From the NCBI GenBank assembly GCA_024704765.1, contig JAKMXF010000288.1, forward strand, positions 186,001 through 250,000: a stretch of 64,000 nucleotides of DNA. Direction: 5' to 3'. Within the stretch, counting starts at the first letter, position 1. Each line of letters opens with the position of its first letter. Source of the DNA: Oopsacas minuta. Its lineage: Eukaryota > Animalia > Porifera. The notes under the pieces were generated by a model. That model worked only from the letters and a program-made list of their open reading frames with translations. It had not been told where the DNA came from and ran no database searches. Both the position numbers and the translations under genes were made by a program. Below, piece after piece: positions 26,708 to 40,000 of this stretch.

Positions 26708-27817
26708 TCATATGGCCTCTTCCTGGTCCCTAAATCTGTCTCTACAGCTACAGCATAGCCCTTTCTTACACAAGTAGATTGGCATTATGAGGTAGAAGAA
26801 TAGGTACATGAGGGGGACGGCTAGGATAACGAATATTATATATATTAAAGGGCCTAGGATAACCATAAGTGTAACTACTATTGGAATAATCGTGTATTTT
26901 ACGATACGAAATTCCCATACAAGTTTACTGGTTAGTAGATAGCCGACGAGGATTGGTAGGCCGATTAGAATCGCGAAAAACGCGAAAAGTGTCACTAACA
27001 CAACGATGAGTGGGGCGGTTAGAAGTATGCAGAGTTGGCAGTAGTTCGTGTGTCGTCTGTTCCAACGGTTGTATCCAAAGTACGTACATCCGGACGGACT
27101 CCAGAAGTGAATCTCGGAAGCTTCCTTCCCGCATAGCCAGCAGAATTTCTTTTGACAGATCTGACAGCTGATTAAGTTACAACTACCGTCGTCTAACTTC
27201 TCAATACAAGTACCACAGTTAGGACAACTTTTAATATTTGGTGGGAGATTATCTAGATTTTGTGTTCGTTTGCATTTTTGGTTTTGATGCCAATCTTTCT
27301 GACATATGCCACAAAATAGTGTCAGACAACGTGGACACAGTAATTTCGGACACTTTTTACAATCAGGAATAATCGCGACATATGGACAATCTGGATGCGG
27401 ACAGAATTTAGCCTCTGGATCACGTTTTAAGTATTGTTCTACAAGCCTTGAATCGTATTTGTGAAAATCTTGTAATTCATGATTTTGCTCCATTATATTC
27501 TTCAAAAGATTATAATTTATATCATGCTCACACATGGGGCAAGATATGATACGATAGTCCATGAGTGCAGTCTTAAAATATCTCAAGAGACAGGTGGAAC
27601 AAGGGGGTAGGACATGCGGAGAGGTAGCGGAGCAAATCGGTTCATTGGGATGGTTATCAGATGAAAAGTCTTCAAAGCAAATAGGACAGTTTTCTATCTG
27701 AACTATGTTATCGTTTTCAGTCGCGAAGTATGCAGCTGTATCTATAGGAGATTGACATAAGGGTGTTGCTTCTGTGACGTCATTGCATATTACCGCATCT
27801 GACATTCGTAATACCAT
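26708..27817 (-). CDS. RNF19A: RBR E3 ubiquitin ligase, RNF19 type, with C-terminal TM helices; single exon
   Basis: RING1 (CPIC..CSTC..CPMC), IBR (CPHPDC..CPRC..FCGIC..WH..C), RING2 (CPNC..DGSCNLISCQIC..FCWLC..HFWSPSGC), then two hydrophobic segments. RNF19A versus RNF19B cannot be resolved. Confidence 0.85.
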   Translation of the reverse strand: MVLRMSDAVICNDVTEATPLCQSPIDTAAYFATENDNIVQIENCPICFEDFSSDNHPNEPICSATSPHVLPPCSTCLLRYFKTALMDYRIISCPMCEHDINYNLLKNIMEQNHELQDFHKYDSRLVEQYLKRDPEAKFCPHPDCPYVAIIPDCKKCPKLLCPRCLTLFCGICQKDWHQNQKCKRTQNLDNLPPNIKSCPNCGTCIEKLDDGSCNLISCQICQKKFCWLCGKEASEIHFWSPSGCTYFGYNRWNRRHTNYCQLCILLTAPLIVVLVTLFAFFAILIGLPILVGYLLTSKLVWEFRIVKYTIIPIVVTLMVILGPLIYIIFVILAVPLMYLFFYLIMPIYLCKKGLCCSCRDRFRDQEEAI

Positions 27818-28038
27818 GTGGCTAGTGTTCTATATACGAGTAAAATAATTATGAAAAGTTGGGAATAAATAATTTTCGGCGATTGTGAATGGATATTACA
27901 GTGGAAAAACGACAAAAACAAATCAGTAGTAAATGAAGTAAACAAGTTTACCAAACAATGCAGTGGTGTATAATATAACAATAATCCAGATATATAAACA
28001 AACAAACAAACAAATAGTGATTGCCATCATGCTATACA

Positions 28039-29879
28039 TTAAACAATAGACCCTCTCGGACTACAACACAACAGTGCTGAAAATTCAGATTCTCCATGGA
28101 GAGTTACTTTCATGTTATACGTTCTACAGAAATTACGTAAAAACGTAAAATCTCCATATGTATCTATACCAGCTCTCTTCAATAGGTGTGGATTAATGAT
28201 AGATTCATATTGAGAATAATCAGAGAAGTGTGAGAACAGCTGATTATTGATCTCACGGAAGTATTGTATGCAGGTTAAGTTTAACTGTTCTCTGTCTAGC
28301 AGGGCTCCTCTGCACTCACATCTTTTCATTAAGGTACGGTAACTACAGACAAATATATCAAAAACTATGAAATACAAAAGCATATGAATATAGTCCATGG
28401 TAGTGGAGCTTACTTTTGGTGACCCTCATACCCCACAAAGATATTAAGAAAGTTAAGCGATGATAAACATCAGCTGTTCCCAACTGGAGTACATGGACCC
28501 TGGGGTCCACAGAATTTGCTAAAATTGGTGAGGAACAGCTGATATAAATAAATATCCAGAAATTTTCCGTATTTTTACCGGTTAATGTCTGTATTGTTTA
28601 TGAATAGAATCGGTTTAATCATAACACCAGGACAATTAATCTTCGCTCCAGTAACCTCACCCTCCGACGACGTCAGAGGTATAAATACATCATAACAAGC
28701 ACGCTTAATCTGTAATATCTGCTCTGTCGTGCATGCAATGAAATTATTTTCTTCCTTAAGAATGTCTAAATCGGCTACACTCACATAGAAATGAGGATTC
28801 GGATTTATTTTCGCGTAATCGCTTTGCGTTAAAAGACACGAGAAATATACCCAATTACAGCAAGGCCCAATCGGAGGCTTTGAGAAGAATATAACACGAG
28901 ATTGAATGAGTAGATATTTCCAAAGAACAAACACAGATGGACCAAGGATTTGTATGAAGCGAGCAAAATCATGTCCGCCTGTAGTTGATGATAGAATTGA
29001 TAAATTTAAGTTTGAAATATGTTGGTTAGTTTGCTGGGAGTTTGTAGTAGGATTGTATGCGAAGGAGTTGTAATAGTCGATTAGAAATGAGAAATCGTTG
29101 GGGGCGTCTAATAGGTTCTGGATTGTGGTAGATAGGAATGTCAAATGGGGTGGGAGGTGGTCAGGGGAGAGACATAAGATCCCCAGGGCCATCATTCTAG
29201 CCCCCCTCTGGTCTGGGTCTTCTTGTGAAGATATGGCACGCTTAGCAAAACAAGAGAGGCCGAACAACCCTAAATGAATAAAGTAATTGTTAATGCAAAC
29301 ACACAAATGAAATATTGAGATCAGAATTTAGCATAACTTCCATTAACGGGCCTGTGGAAACTGGAAATCCTAGTCCCATACAAATAAACCTCCGTAAACG
29401 GACGTAGAAAAATGCTACCCTCATTTTAATTAAAAGGAAAATTAGTACATTTTAACAATAGTTTCGTATCAACCATAGGCATTTAAAAAATTCCAATTCC
29501 TCATGGCCTCACCTGCTTTTCTGAAATAAATAAAATCTCTCTCTACAGTATGCATTCCACTAGGTACAGCCTTCAGCTCTACACCATCCAAGTTAAGCTC
29601 CTCAGGAAGCGACCAGATAATCTCATGACCCCTCGTGACATGAAACAACACCACAAACATACAAACTATGCTATTAGGACCTTCATCTACTGAGTGATTA
29701 TTCATGGCGATTGGAATGTCATCTGAAATTATTTCTATCTCGGTATAGGGGTTCTCTAGCACTACATCCGGTCCTGTTGGTATAAGTGGGAGTGTTGGTG
29801 TTGTGTAGTCTTGGTTAGAAGGGAGTAGAGGATTTGTATCGGAGAGGTCGATAAGGTGTTGATGAATTGACTGGGACAT
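28039..29879 (-). CDS. DENND11: DENN domain-containing protein 11 (LCHN), ~3 exons
   Basis: LDGVELKAVPSGMHTVERDFIYFRK|GLFGLSCFA..RGARMMALGIL..LWKYLLIQSRVIFFSKPPIG..FYVSVADLDIL..IACTTEQI. Confidence 0.9.
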
Positions 29880-30112
29880 ATTTTCTAGAATTAAACTAAC
29901 ACAGACTCTATTATATAGCCTGAAAATACCAATTGACGTCAATGGTTGTTAGGGTAATTATTCTCAGTAAATCATCATATTTAGGTATGTGCCGTAATTA
30001 ATTAGATTCAGTTTTACTATCATATCACCTAGAATCAAATTGAAATATTTGCAAAAAAGGTGTGAAAATATGATTAATCGCCAAAAAGGTGTAAAATATT
30101 CACTTTAGTCAC

Positions 30113-30350
30113 TTATAAACATATATTATTATCACTTGATATAAAAAATATAAATCCTGTTTGGGAAATACAAATACCAGATGGATGGATAAATTCCCCT
30201 CTCTCATGTCCTTCCCACCCTATGAAAAGGATTGTTTCTCCTAAGGGAGAGAGGATTTTGATATTGTGAAGGGAAGAATCAGTAAAGAGAACATTCCCGC
30301 CTGGATCCAAAAAGAAAAGCCAGGGAGTCCAAACCCAACAATGTGGTCTT
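30113..30350 (-). pseudogene. Orphan C-terminal fragment of an NHL-repeat gene
   Basis: FFLDPGGNVLFTDSSLHNIKILSPLGETILFIGWEGHERGEFIHPSGICISQTGFIFFISSDNNICL matches the last NHL blades of the genes at 51645 and 60815; no upstream body is visible. Confidence 0.7.
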
Positions 30351-30499
30351 GGAGTGCTATATATAGAAATTAGGTGCCCACTTCTCGAGTAGAAAGTGGA
30401 CAAAATTTGAACTGTTGGAAATATCATAAGATATAGCTATGTGAAAAGGAAACTGCAATTTCCTTATACGAGGTTCTTTTGGCTGTGGTTTTCCAAATA

Positions 30500-30789
30500 C
30501 AGTAGAACCTCCGAGATCCGGCCAGTGTGGGACCGGAGGGTGCCCGGATCTCGGAAATATCATTAACTCTATGGTAGTTACAACCTATAATGTACATATG
30601 AGTTCCCTTAGGTATTCGAATTCTGTTATTAAGTTTACATACTGTATGCAAACGTAATCCCATATGAAATATAGTAACTGAAGTCAACGTTAGTCTGAGG
30701 AGAATTATATGAAATGGTAAAATTCTTGTTGACTGATATAAAAGAAGGGTGCCCGTATCTTGGAGGTCCGGATCTAGGAGGTTCGACTG
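30500..30789. mobile_element. CAGT-type MITE
   Basis: TA|CAGTAGAACCTCC ... GGAGGTTCGACTG|TA. Confidence 0.7.
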
Positions 30790-31046
30790 TACACATATTC
30801 ACAGACCCACTGTAATACAGTATAACAATAAAATACAATACAGTAGACTCTGCTTAATATTGTCACATAAGGAGCAGGCCATTTTGACGCGATTAACCGT
30901 AGTCTACTGTACTTGTTATAAATGCAAGGGAAATATATAAGTTTAGTTTTAAATGCAGAAAAATAACACAAATATTTACATCAAAAGTTAAATAAGAGAT
31001 GTTTCAAAATATATAAGAATCTCAACAATTGCTAAAAGCACATTCC

Positions 31047-34000
31047 TTAAAAAGTAGTCCCGTAAAAGCCTCCAGTTTGTACCGATGAATCGGAATAGAA
31101 GACAAGAGATATGACCCCGGTTACACTATATACAGGATCAGGTACTTCATTGCCACACCATCTTGCTAGAGGTTGGTTATAAGTATTAGAATTGTAAGTC
31201 GTGTCTCGGAGTATGACGTAATCTCTTTCACAATCTGGACTCGATTCGACGTTGAAATAATAGAATCTTAGTCCCATACGTCTATCGCGGAGTCCTGTTA
31301 TTAGTATAGAACATTGACTGTCGGGGCTGTAAGGTTGAGGGAAATTGGGAGAACTGAAGTTACTACCAAGAGAAATTGTCTGCTGACATTCCGATGAACC
31401 GAATACGTTGTCTAGGTAGATATGAAATAAGAATAATTAGTAAACATATACACAGAGTTTAAACAATAGCGGAGTCTACTGTATTTGATAATTACTTACC
31501 CTCAATAGCATAATAGAAGAATTGGTAGTAGAATTTGAAATCCCTCTCTGCATGTATCTTAATCAACAATTCATTGCCTGCAGAAGCTGTGTATTCTTCA
31601 TAAGCTCCATAACACTGATCCCTTAGAAGACTATAGCTTGGAGCTCTAGGGTCCCACACTTCTATCCCCCAATCATCACAATTGAATGGCAATCCAAGGC
31701 TTAGATAGTAAATGCGGAATAAAGCGAGTTGTCCCTGTGGAGCAGTAATTTTCCACTCGCACTGTAAGGGGAAAGGACCAGTAATTATTGGGAGGGTACT
31801 TCCGGTTGTGCTCGTGAATAGAGAGCCTCCACATCCAGGAGGATTTTCTAGAAATATACACAGAATACATAAAGTAATTGAAATTTGTTTTCGTAATTTT
31901 GTCGAAAGTTTTAAACTTGTTCATTAACGTTTTGTTAAAGGTTATTGCAGGAACCAAGAAGGTAATTGCTATACAGCCAACTACTTTGTGTCGTTGCCCA
32001 AGGGACAGCGATAATTACTTCGATATAACCGATGAAAAACGCATGTATATGTTACTTCGACGATTTGGGACCATAATTGTATAATTTCAGATTTTCGATC
32101 TAACGGGAGTTGATTGTAGCTAGTTAGTTACCTCTACAAGTCTTTCCATCAGTATCAACCCATAACCCTTCAGGACAAGTACATATATAAGATCCTTCTG
32201 TGTTCTCACAGGTATGAGAACATCCAGATAAATGAGGGTAAGCACATTCATCGATATCTAAGAAAACAATTTCAAAATAAGGAATATATATAATCTCACC
32301 CACGGCGTGTTCAGAGGTCAAATCCATAAGTATGGTGGATGAATCCTATCCTCATACCAACAAAGTTCTTGAACTTTTGACTAATGGCATGAACATTACA
32401 AGAACCATGAACTATTTGCATAAACTTTGCATGAACATCACGAGTTGTGGTAAGAATATGGCAGAAACTTTGAAGTTAGTGGACACATAATCTGGCAACA
32501 CTGCTAATATCCCACGGCCGGGGGAAGGTTCTTGTCGCCGTGTGGAGGAAACATAAATAATAATTCACCTGCACAATTATATCCACTAGTTCTAGGAGCA
32601 AATCCTTCTTTACATCCACAAGTACGTCTACTATTGTCACAGTAATGATCACAATAATCGTAAGCATAATAGCAGAAGGAAGCTAAAGCAATAGAATCAT
32701 GATAATCAGGATACGCCTGCGGTTAACAACCTATTTCACCAGTGGACCCCCTGCTGTCATCCGTGGACCACCAAGAGGGCCAGCCATGGACCCGCTGGAA
32801 ATAATCATACGCAATCTATCAACCTTTTAAAAACCCCTAATTATTGATTACATAACTCACCGTAACAAGAAGTTCTATCATAACCTAGCCTGTATCCAGT
32901 ACGGCAGCTGCATTCTCCTCTTCCTTCAATCTCATTACAAAAATCTTGACATCCTCCATTCAGATAACAAGGTGGATGCACTAATAAACGAGTAATAAGG
33001 TTATAGGTTAAAGTGATTCAGCCCTCTGGCTTAGAATGTAATTCTTACCTATACATGATTTAGCATCCGTATCAAGATAGTATCCATCCCAACAGCTACA
33101 TTCTACTCCAGGATTAGTTTCTTCACAACTTTGCTCACAGCCTCCATTTAATTCAGTACATGACACAATTTCTAAATAATATATAGAGTAGGCAATAGCA
33201 TTACGATCACCAAGGGACTGTTGAATTTCTTACTTCCTATCCGAATTCCTATTAACCAAATGGTTGTTATTGAAAAGGCATTGAAGGGAACTGAAATTTG
33301 TCTTATTCGGAATTTCTATTTACAGCGGGGCCTCTGATTTAAGAGGCCCCCAGTAGTTTCATTTTGTATAAGCGGATGAAAAACAATTACTTTCAAGTGT
33401 AAGGAGTAAAGAATCACTTCGTTATAACTCGAAGTTTACTGTTGTGTGTATTTATATCGACCCTTCTTGTTCAATAAATCATTATTAATAAATATCACAA
33501 GGTACTTGCATAAAAACAGGCACAATGATGTATAATATTATATGAATAATCATGACTACACAATTGAGCTTTTTAATACTGAGTGCCTTAATGTCTAGCA
33601 TTAATTGGGTAGCCAAGTAACTTACCTATACATGTTTGTCCATTCCACGATATTTCTAAGCCTTCAGGGCAGCCACATTCATGAGAACCTGGTGTGTTTA
33701 CACAGCTATGTGAACACCCACCGTTATTTTGACTGCATTCATCAATATCTATAGACAAAACATAGCAAATAGTAGTAATATATGTTGTGAGGATGCAAAA
33801 AAGTTCTTACAACACCCATGGAAAGGTAGAATGTATGCCAAATGCCTGTGTGTACTATTTGTCTATTACATAACATACCCTGACAGAATATATTAGCATT
33901 TCCTATCTCATAGCCTTCATTACAAATACAATCTGAACCGCTAACTACACAGCCACAACCTGCATCACCAAGAGAACAATCAGATTCTAAACAACAATTA

Positions 34001-37000
34001 AATAAATAAACATACAAACAAACAAATAAATAAATACACCATTAGAAGTATCAAATACAGAGTAACTTCGTTAACACAAACTCTGGATAAGGCGAACACA
34101 TTTTGACCGTCGTTAGTGTTTGTATTAACGAGGTTCTATTGTGTAAGATAAATGGATTTAAGAAAAGTGAAAACTCACTAGAACAAGATCTATAATTCCT
34201 GTATAATAGGAATCCTTCATCACAAGTACACTGATAAGAACCTTCAGTGTTGTGACATGTGTGATCACACAAGTTATATTCACACTCATCAACATCTAAA
34301 CACATAAACAAATAAACAAAACACACTAACAAACTAACAAACTAACAAACAAACAAACAAACAAACAAACAAACTCACCAAGACAAGATCCATCAGGAAG
34401 AGTTGTAAATCCAGATCTGCAGTAACATAAATGTGATCCTTGTATGTTAAGACAAATTTGTTTATCATTACAAGTGTTAGAATTGGGAGAAGCACACTCA
34501 TCAATATCTATAAATACAGAGGAATAATTAAACATATTTCTCTTAATCAGATGAAGTCATCAACAATTAACCCGGTGAATTGTATTACCTGTACATCCGT
34601 AGAAAGAGCTAGAGTAATACCCCCCACTACAATCACATGTGTAACTCCCATCTGAGTTAACACATATTTGTTCGCAAGAATGAGACCCCTTTATACACTC
34701 ATCAATATCTACAAGCAAATACAAGATAAATATAGTAGACTCGAAAAATATGGACTTTTAAGGAAGGATTAAATACACTCAACTCCCGTCATATCAAACA
34801 CGAATATATCAAAGTCTGAGATTGTACAAATATGGTTATAAACCGTCAAAGTATCATATATTTATCGGTATATCAAGGTCATTATCACGGTCCCTTGAGC
34901 TTCGCCAAAACGAATGTCTCCTTTAGCTTGGTTTCAATATGAACTATGGATAAGCTTAAATATATAAATACCTTCGCATATGTCAGTCTGTACATTCTTC
35001 CTGTATTCAGGTTCACAGTCACATACGTAAGATCCCTCTGTATTCCTGCAATACTGATTGTTCTGTGTGCATTCTATGGCTAAGCACTCATTGATATCTA
35101 CAGTAAATATATAGAAATAACTAGCGTTAGAATACCTGCTAATATCCTATCCGAAATAGGTGAATTCTGCGTACATTGGTGTTGGCTATTAGCACATGTA
35201 TTGCTCTATTGGGATAGTTTTTCAGGGGCGTTTGGGGTTCATGTAAACTGTAAATATCCTCCTTAACATTAGCAAAATTGGAGAAGAACTACATATTAAA
35301 TACAACACGTATTGCGGCTTGGTTCTAGAAACAATATACTGTTCATATACCTCTGCATTGATAGAAGTTGTACAACTCATAACCAGCATTGCATTCACAC
35401 TCATAAGTACCGGAGAGATTAATACAATTCTGTTCACAAGTATTTGTATCAGAGCACTCGTTAATATCTACAAAATTATACAAATAATATCAATTCGTTC
35501 GTATTTATGTATAATTTTTGAATATTAAAGACAGGCAAATCTCATATTTGCCAACCAGCAGGGAAATATTGGATATTTAGGGAAGAGGGAAAATTCCTTT
35601 TATTTGCATACAAAATTAGAAATCCAGAGAAAGAAAGCATGAAATGATTGAAATGTACAAGTACATACCTTCACATTGAGACGTTTGTGTGTTCTTGAAA
35701 TATCCAGGACTACATTCACAAGAATAAGATCCAAAATAATTAACACAGGATTGATCTGAATCACACTCATAAGTTCGAAGAGCACATTCATCCACATCTA
35801 TATTAAAATATCATAAGGTATGTTTATAGCAGAATTAGGACCCTATAAATCCCTAACCCGAAATAACTTACCAGTACAAGTGTACTCTCCATCAAGCTGA
35901 TAACCGTCAAGACAAGCACATTGATAGCCTCCGTCCGTATTCACACACACCTGTTGACAGTTGTTGTTGTTGCCTGTACTACATTCATCTTCATCTAACA
36001 ACACAATGCAGTAGAACCTCGCAAATACGAATTTCGGGGAAGATGATTTACTGGATATTATCCTTACCTATACAAATGTTGTCTGATGACAGAACTGTCC
36101 CTACTGGACACGAACAGACGTAGGAGCCGATGGTATTCTCACATCCGTAAATACAGTCTCCCTCATTAACAGAGCATTCATCTACATCTGAGAGAAGAGA
36201 GAGATATTTGAATACATACAGATTAACTGGAATTGATGCTTAAACGCGAGAGTAGAAATAATATTCAAATACAGTAGACATATTCTATCTCCAACACATC
36301 GAAAATTTCCCATTGACAGTTTGAGTTATAGTGGAAATCCCAAAGTGAGAGAGCTTAAAAATATACTAAATAATCTAGGACAAATCTCATTAGAATGTAC
36401 GAAAATACTCGTTAACCGAATGTCAGAATTGGGGCATTTCCCAAAGTGCAGAGTCCTGCAAATGCTGGACAGGGCACGTCACTCTGGGAGGTTCTACTCT
36501 AGCTGATATCACCTATATATTACAATCATAGACGTACCTTGACAGAAAACACCTCCAGCCCCAATCTCATACCCCTCAATACACAAACAATCTCCTACTG
36601 TAGGTATACATCTACAGCCATCTCCTCCAGGTTCACAATTATATTTGTAACAAGATCTAGCTTGATACAAGTTGTATCCCGCTCTACAACTGCACTGATA
36701 GCTTCCTTGCTTGTTAGTACATATGTGATCACATACATTTAGTAAACACTCATTTACATCTAGAAATGATAAAATTTATTGATAGAACTGATACTATAAT
36801 AATAAAACTGAAATTTGATTATTAAAGGATGGCTCTTAAGCGGAGTCTGCTGTATTATTATTCTAGGAATTCGCATTACTTGATATACTTACCAATACAG
36901 CTGTCACCCTCCTGATCATACCCAGCTGAACAAGAACAAGTATATGAACCTGGAGTGTTAGTACAGCTGAGATCTCCGGGACACAGATCCCGCAAACATT

Positions 37001-40000
37001 CATCTGCATCTAATATAAAAAGTAGAAAATATTAAAATTGGAGCCAAAGAGTTGTAACTTTAACAGAATGGATTTTTATAAGAATTCATTGGTGAGAATA
37101 TATTAAGCTTTTCCTTGTAATTTTTAGAGTCTTCAACAATACTTTTGAATAATTAAGAAGCCAATAATACTAATTCTTACCAAAACATCTCTTATTGTCT
37201 GTGTACAGGTCATACCCTACGTAACAGGAGCAGTAGTAGTTATTTCCAGATGTGATGCAGATATGCTCACAGCCTCCGTTATTGAGGAGACACGGATCTT
37301 CCGCTAGAATATAGTTACACAAAGTTATTGGGAGTACACATAAACTTGTAGATAATTAACTGCTCGTATTGTCGCTATACCCATCTATTCAATCAGAGTT
37401 TATTTCGAATCAGAGCTGCAAATGGGTCACACAAAGTGACCCATGACCCACATGACCCATCGAAGACGTGACCCATGACCCATCGATTATCTCGTGACCC
37501 ATCTTGACCCATCAACTTTTGAAACACAATTCAGTTTCACACTCAGAGATTCCTGTTCCTTGGGTTAGAATAACTAGAAGTGTTGAAATCAATTGCAATC
37601 CAATTTCCTGCATTATTATATTCTTGACAATAATATTTCCGTGACAAAACATGATTGGTGATAATCCTAGTACCTCTTAGACATTAATGTGTAGCAAATC
37701 GCATATAACTTCGTTGTATTTTTCCAAATACACAAAATGCATATAAGTACTGGTGGGTCAATGACCCATTTGTAGCTCTGTTTCGAATAAAGCGAGTGTT
37801 CAAATTTTGTTATTTCAAAATCTGAAATTCAGTATGATAATAGAAATTATAATTTTACTTGTGGAATAGCAAGATCTCTCATCTACAGCAAGATTATAAC
37901 CGGCGCCACATTCACAGTAGTAAGAACCACCTGTATTGACACATTTCTGCTGACAACCTCCGTTACTATCAGCACACTCATTAACATCTACAAATAACAT
38001 AATGTAATAAAGTGTGGATAGCTTGTCAATAGGAAAGGGGAAAAATCCGTAGAATCGGTAGATGTAGCCCTGGGATAAGCTTTTCAATGATAATATTTAT
38101 CGTATAATTTTAGAAATATTTTACTATTATTATAATACAAATACTCAAATACAACTACTAATAAATAGTTCACATTGTAAACATAAATTTATGAAAGTAA
38201 ATATGTAAACAAACAAACAAACAACATTCTACATATTCAAATATTGTAAGTCATCAACTGTAATATCTCTACCCGAAATAACAGTGCTAAACTTTCCAGA
38301 ATTTTCGTCAGTAAACTTCAGTAATTGCTCATAGGAAAAATGATCGTTTTCGAGGGAATTGGAAATATAAGGATACCAGATTTCATTATTTTCCCTGCCG
38401 ATTTGCTGTTTATACTGTTCGTTATTCAAAACAAGAGTTACATCATCGATTAATTCGGATGTTCCAATCTCATCTGGGGCGAGCAGACTAAAAATATACC
38501 CATTTAAGTTAAGTTTGGTTAAATTCGAAGCACGGATCTCTGCAAATGCTTTCGCTGCAACAACAGCCCCCATATCTTTGCCCCCAAGGTACAAGTCACT
38601 TCCGGTTAAGCTAGGATACAGGTGACAAAATTCTGAAATCAAAATTTGGAAGTCAAAATCATTTGAGGTGGGACGCGCGTATCCAGCAGCGAAATCTAGA
38701 TAGACAATATTTGCATTTTCATTCCAAGATTCAGGATTCGTATTAAACTCAATCCGCATCTGTTCATCTACAGGGTTAGATTCGTACTCCATGTCTAGAG
38801 AGAGGTGTTTTGGACCTGGACGGGGCTTTTCAGACGGACCGGATGAAGACCTGGTAGAGGACGTCGGGATTCCAGCGTGAGTGATCGTAAACACAGGTAC
38901 TGTTGTAGTGTTAGTACAAGGACAGCAATGATGATGGTGGTGGTGGTGGTGTTTGTGGTGATGATATATAATAATATCCTCATTGTTTATTGATGAGTCT
39001 ACGGCAGCTGTGTTGGTACTTGATGAAGTAGCAGGGGAGGAAGTTGGAGCAGAAGGATTTATTGGGGAATTCGTCGGGATTGGTGGTGTGGGTTTGGGAC
39101 AAGGAGGACAGTGTGGAGGATGTGGGTGGTGGTGGTGGTGGTGGTGACCGTGGCGATCGACATCGTCAGGGTGAGTCGGTGCAGTTGGACAAGGCGGACA
39201 ATTGCATTTACAACAAGGGGAAGAGGTTGGATGATGACGAGAAATATTATCGTCACTAGCAAAGCTCAATTCATAAGGACCGCCAGTTCGGAATACGTCG
39301 ACAAGTGCACTCGTTTTTCCATCTCCAAACCAAACCAATAGTGGTTTCTGTTTGGCGTCTTTGGAATTTGAAGGGAAATACCAAAGATTAAATTGGTTGT
39401 CATGTATTGTGATTAAATGGTTATGCGGTTCAATATTTCCGGCGGTTTCATCAGAAATCGGACGGCAATTGGCCAGGGTAGCAACCAAACAAGCAAGAAA
39501 TATGTGGAATATTTGCATGAGTGAAAAATGGCAAATTAGTTCAAAATAAAATTGTACAAACGATTATGTATTTATACTTGAGAAAGTTAAAAGAGATTCG
39601 ATTAGAAATAATCGTACTTAGAACTTCTTTACAAATCTTACATAGAACTGGCTTCTGACAATTTGAACACTAATAGACCAACTTGACAAAAGAAGTTTAC
39701 CATATTTAGCCAGTGAGATAAAAAAAGCAAAATCGTCATAGTTTATTTACTCAAAAGGTGTTAGATAGTAAACAATAAATAGAAAGTACAAGATGTGGTT
39801 ATTAGACGACTACATAAGGAGAATTATATAATTCTGGTCGCTCTCCGGCTTTATAGAACTAGCATAGGACATAGCCGATGAGCCAAATACGGATTGGGGA
39901 TACGGTGGGGCGCTCCCACCTCCCAGAAGGGGATTCGGGAAAATTCCCAGAAATTAGAAAAAATAAATCGAAGTACCCAATTTCACTCAAAGTTCTACTG

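Noticed and set aside
38795-39341. Alternative-frame ORFs overlapping the His-rich gene (poly-Thr, poly-Gly, poly-Val)
   Set aside because: By-products of the CAC/CAT His codon runs.
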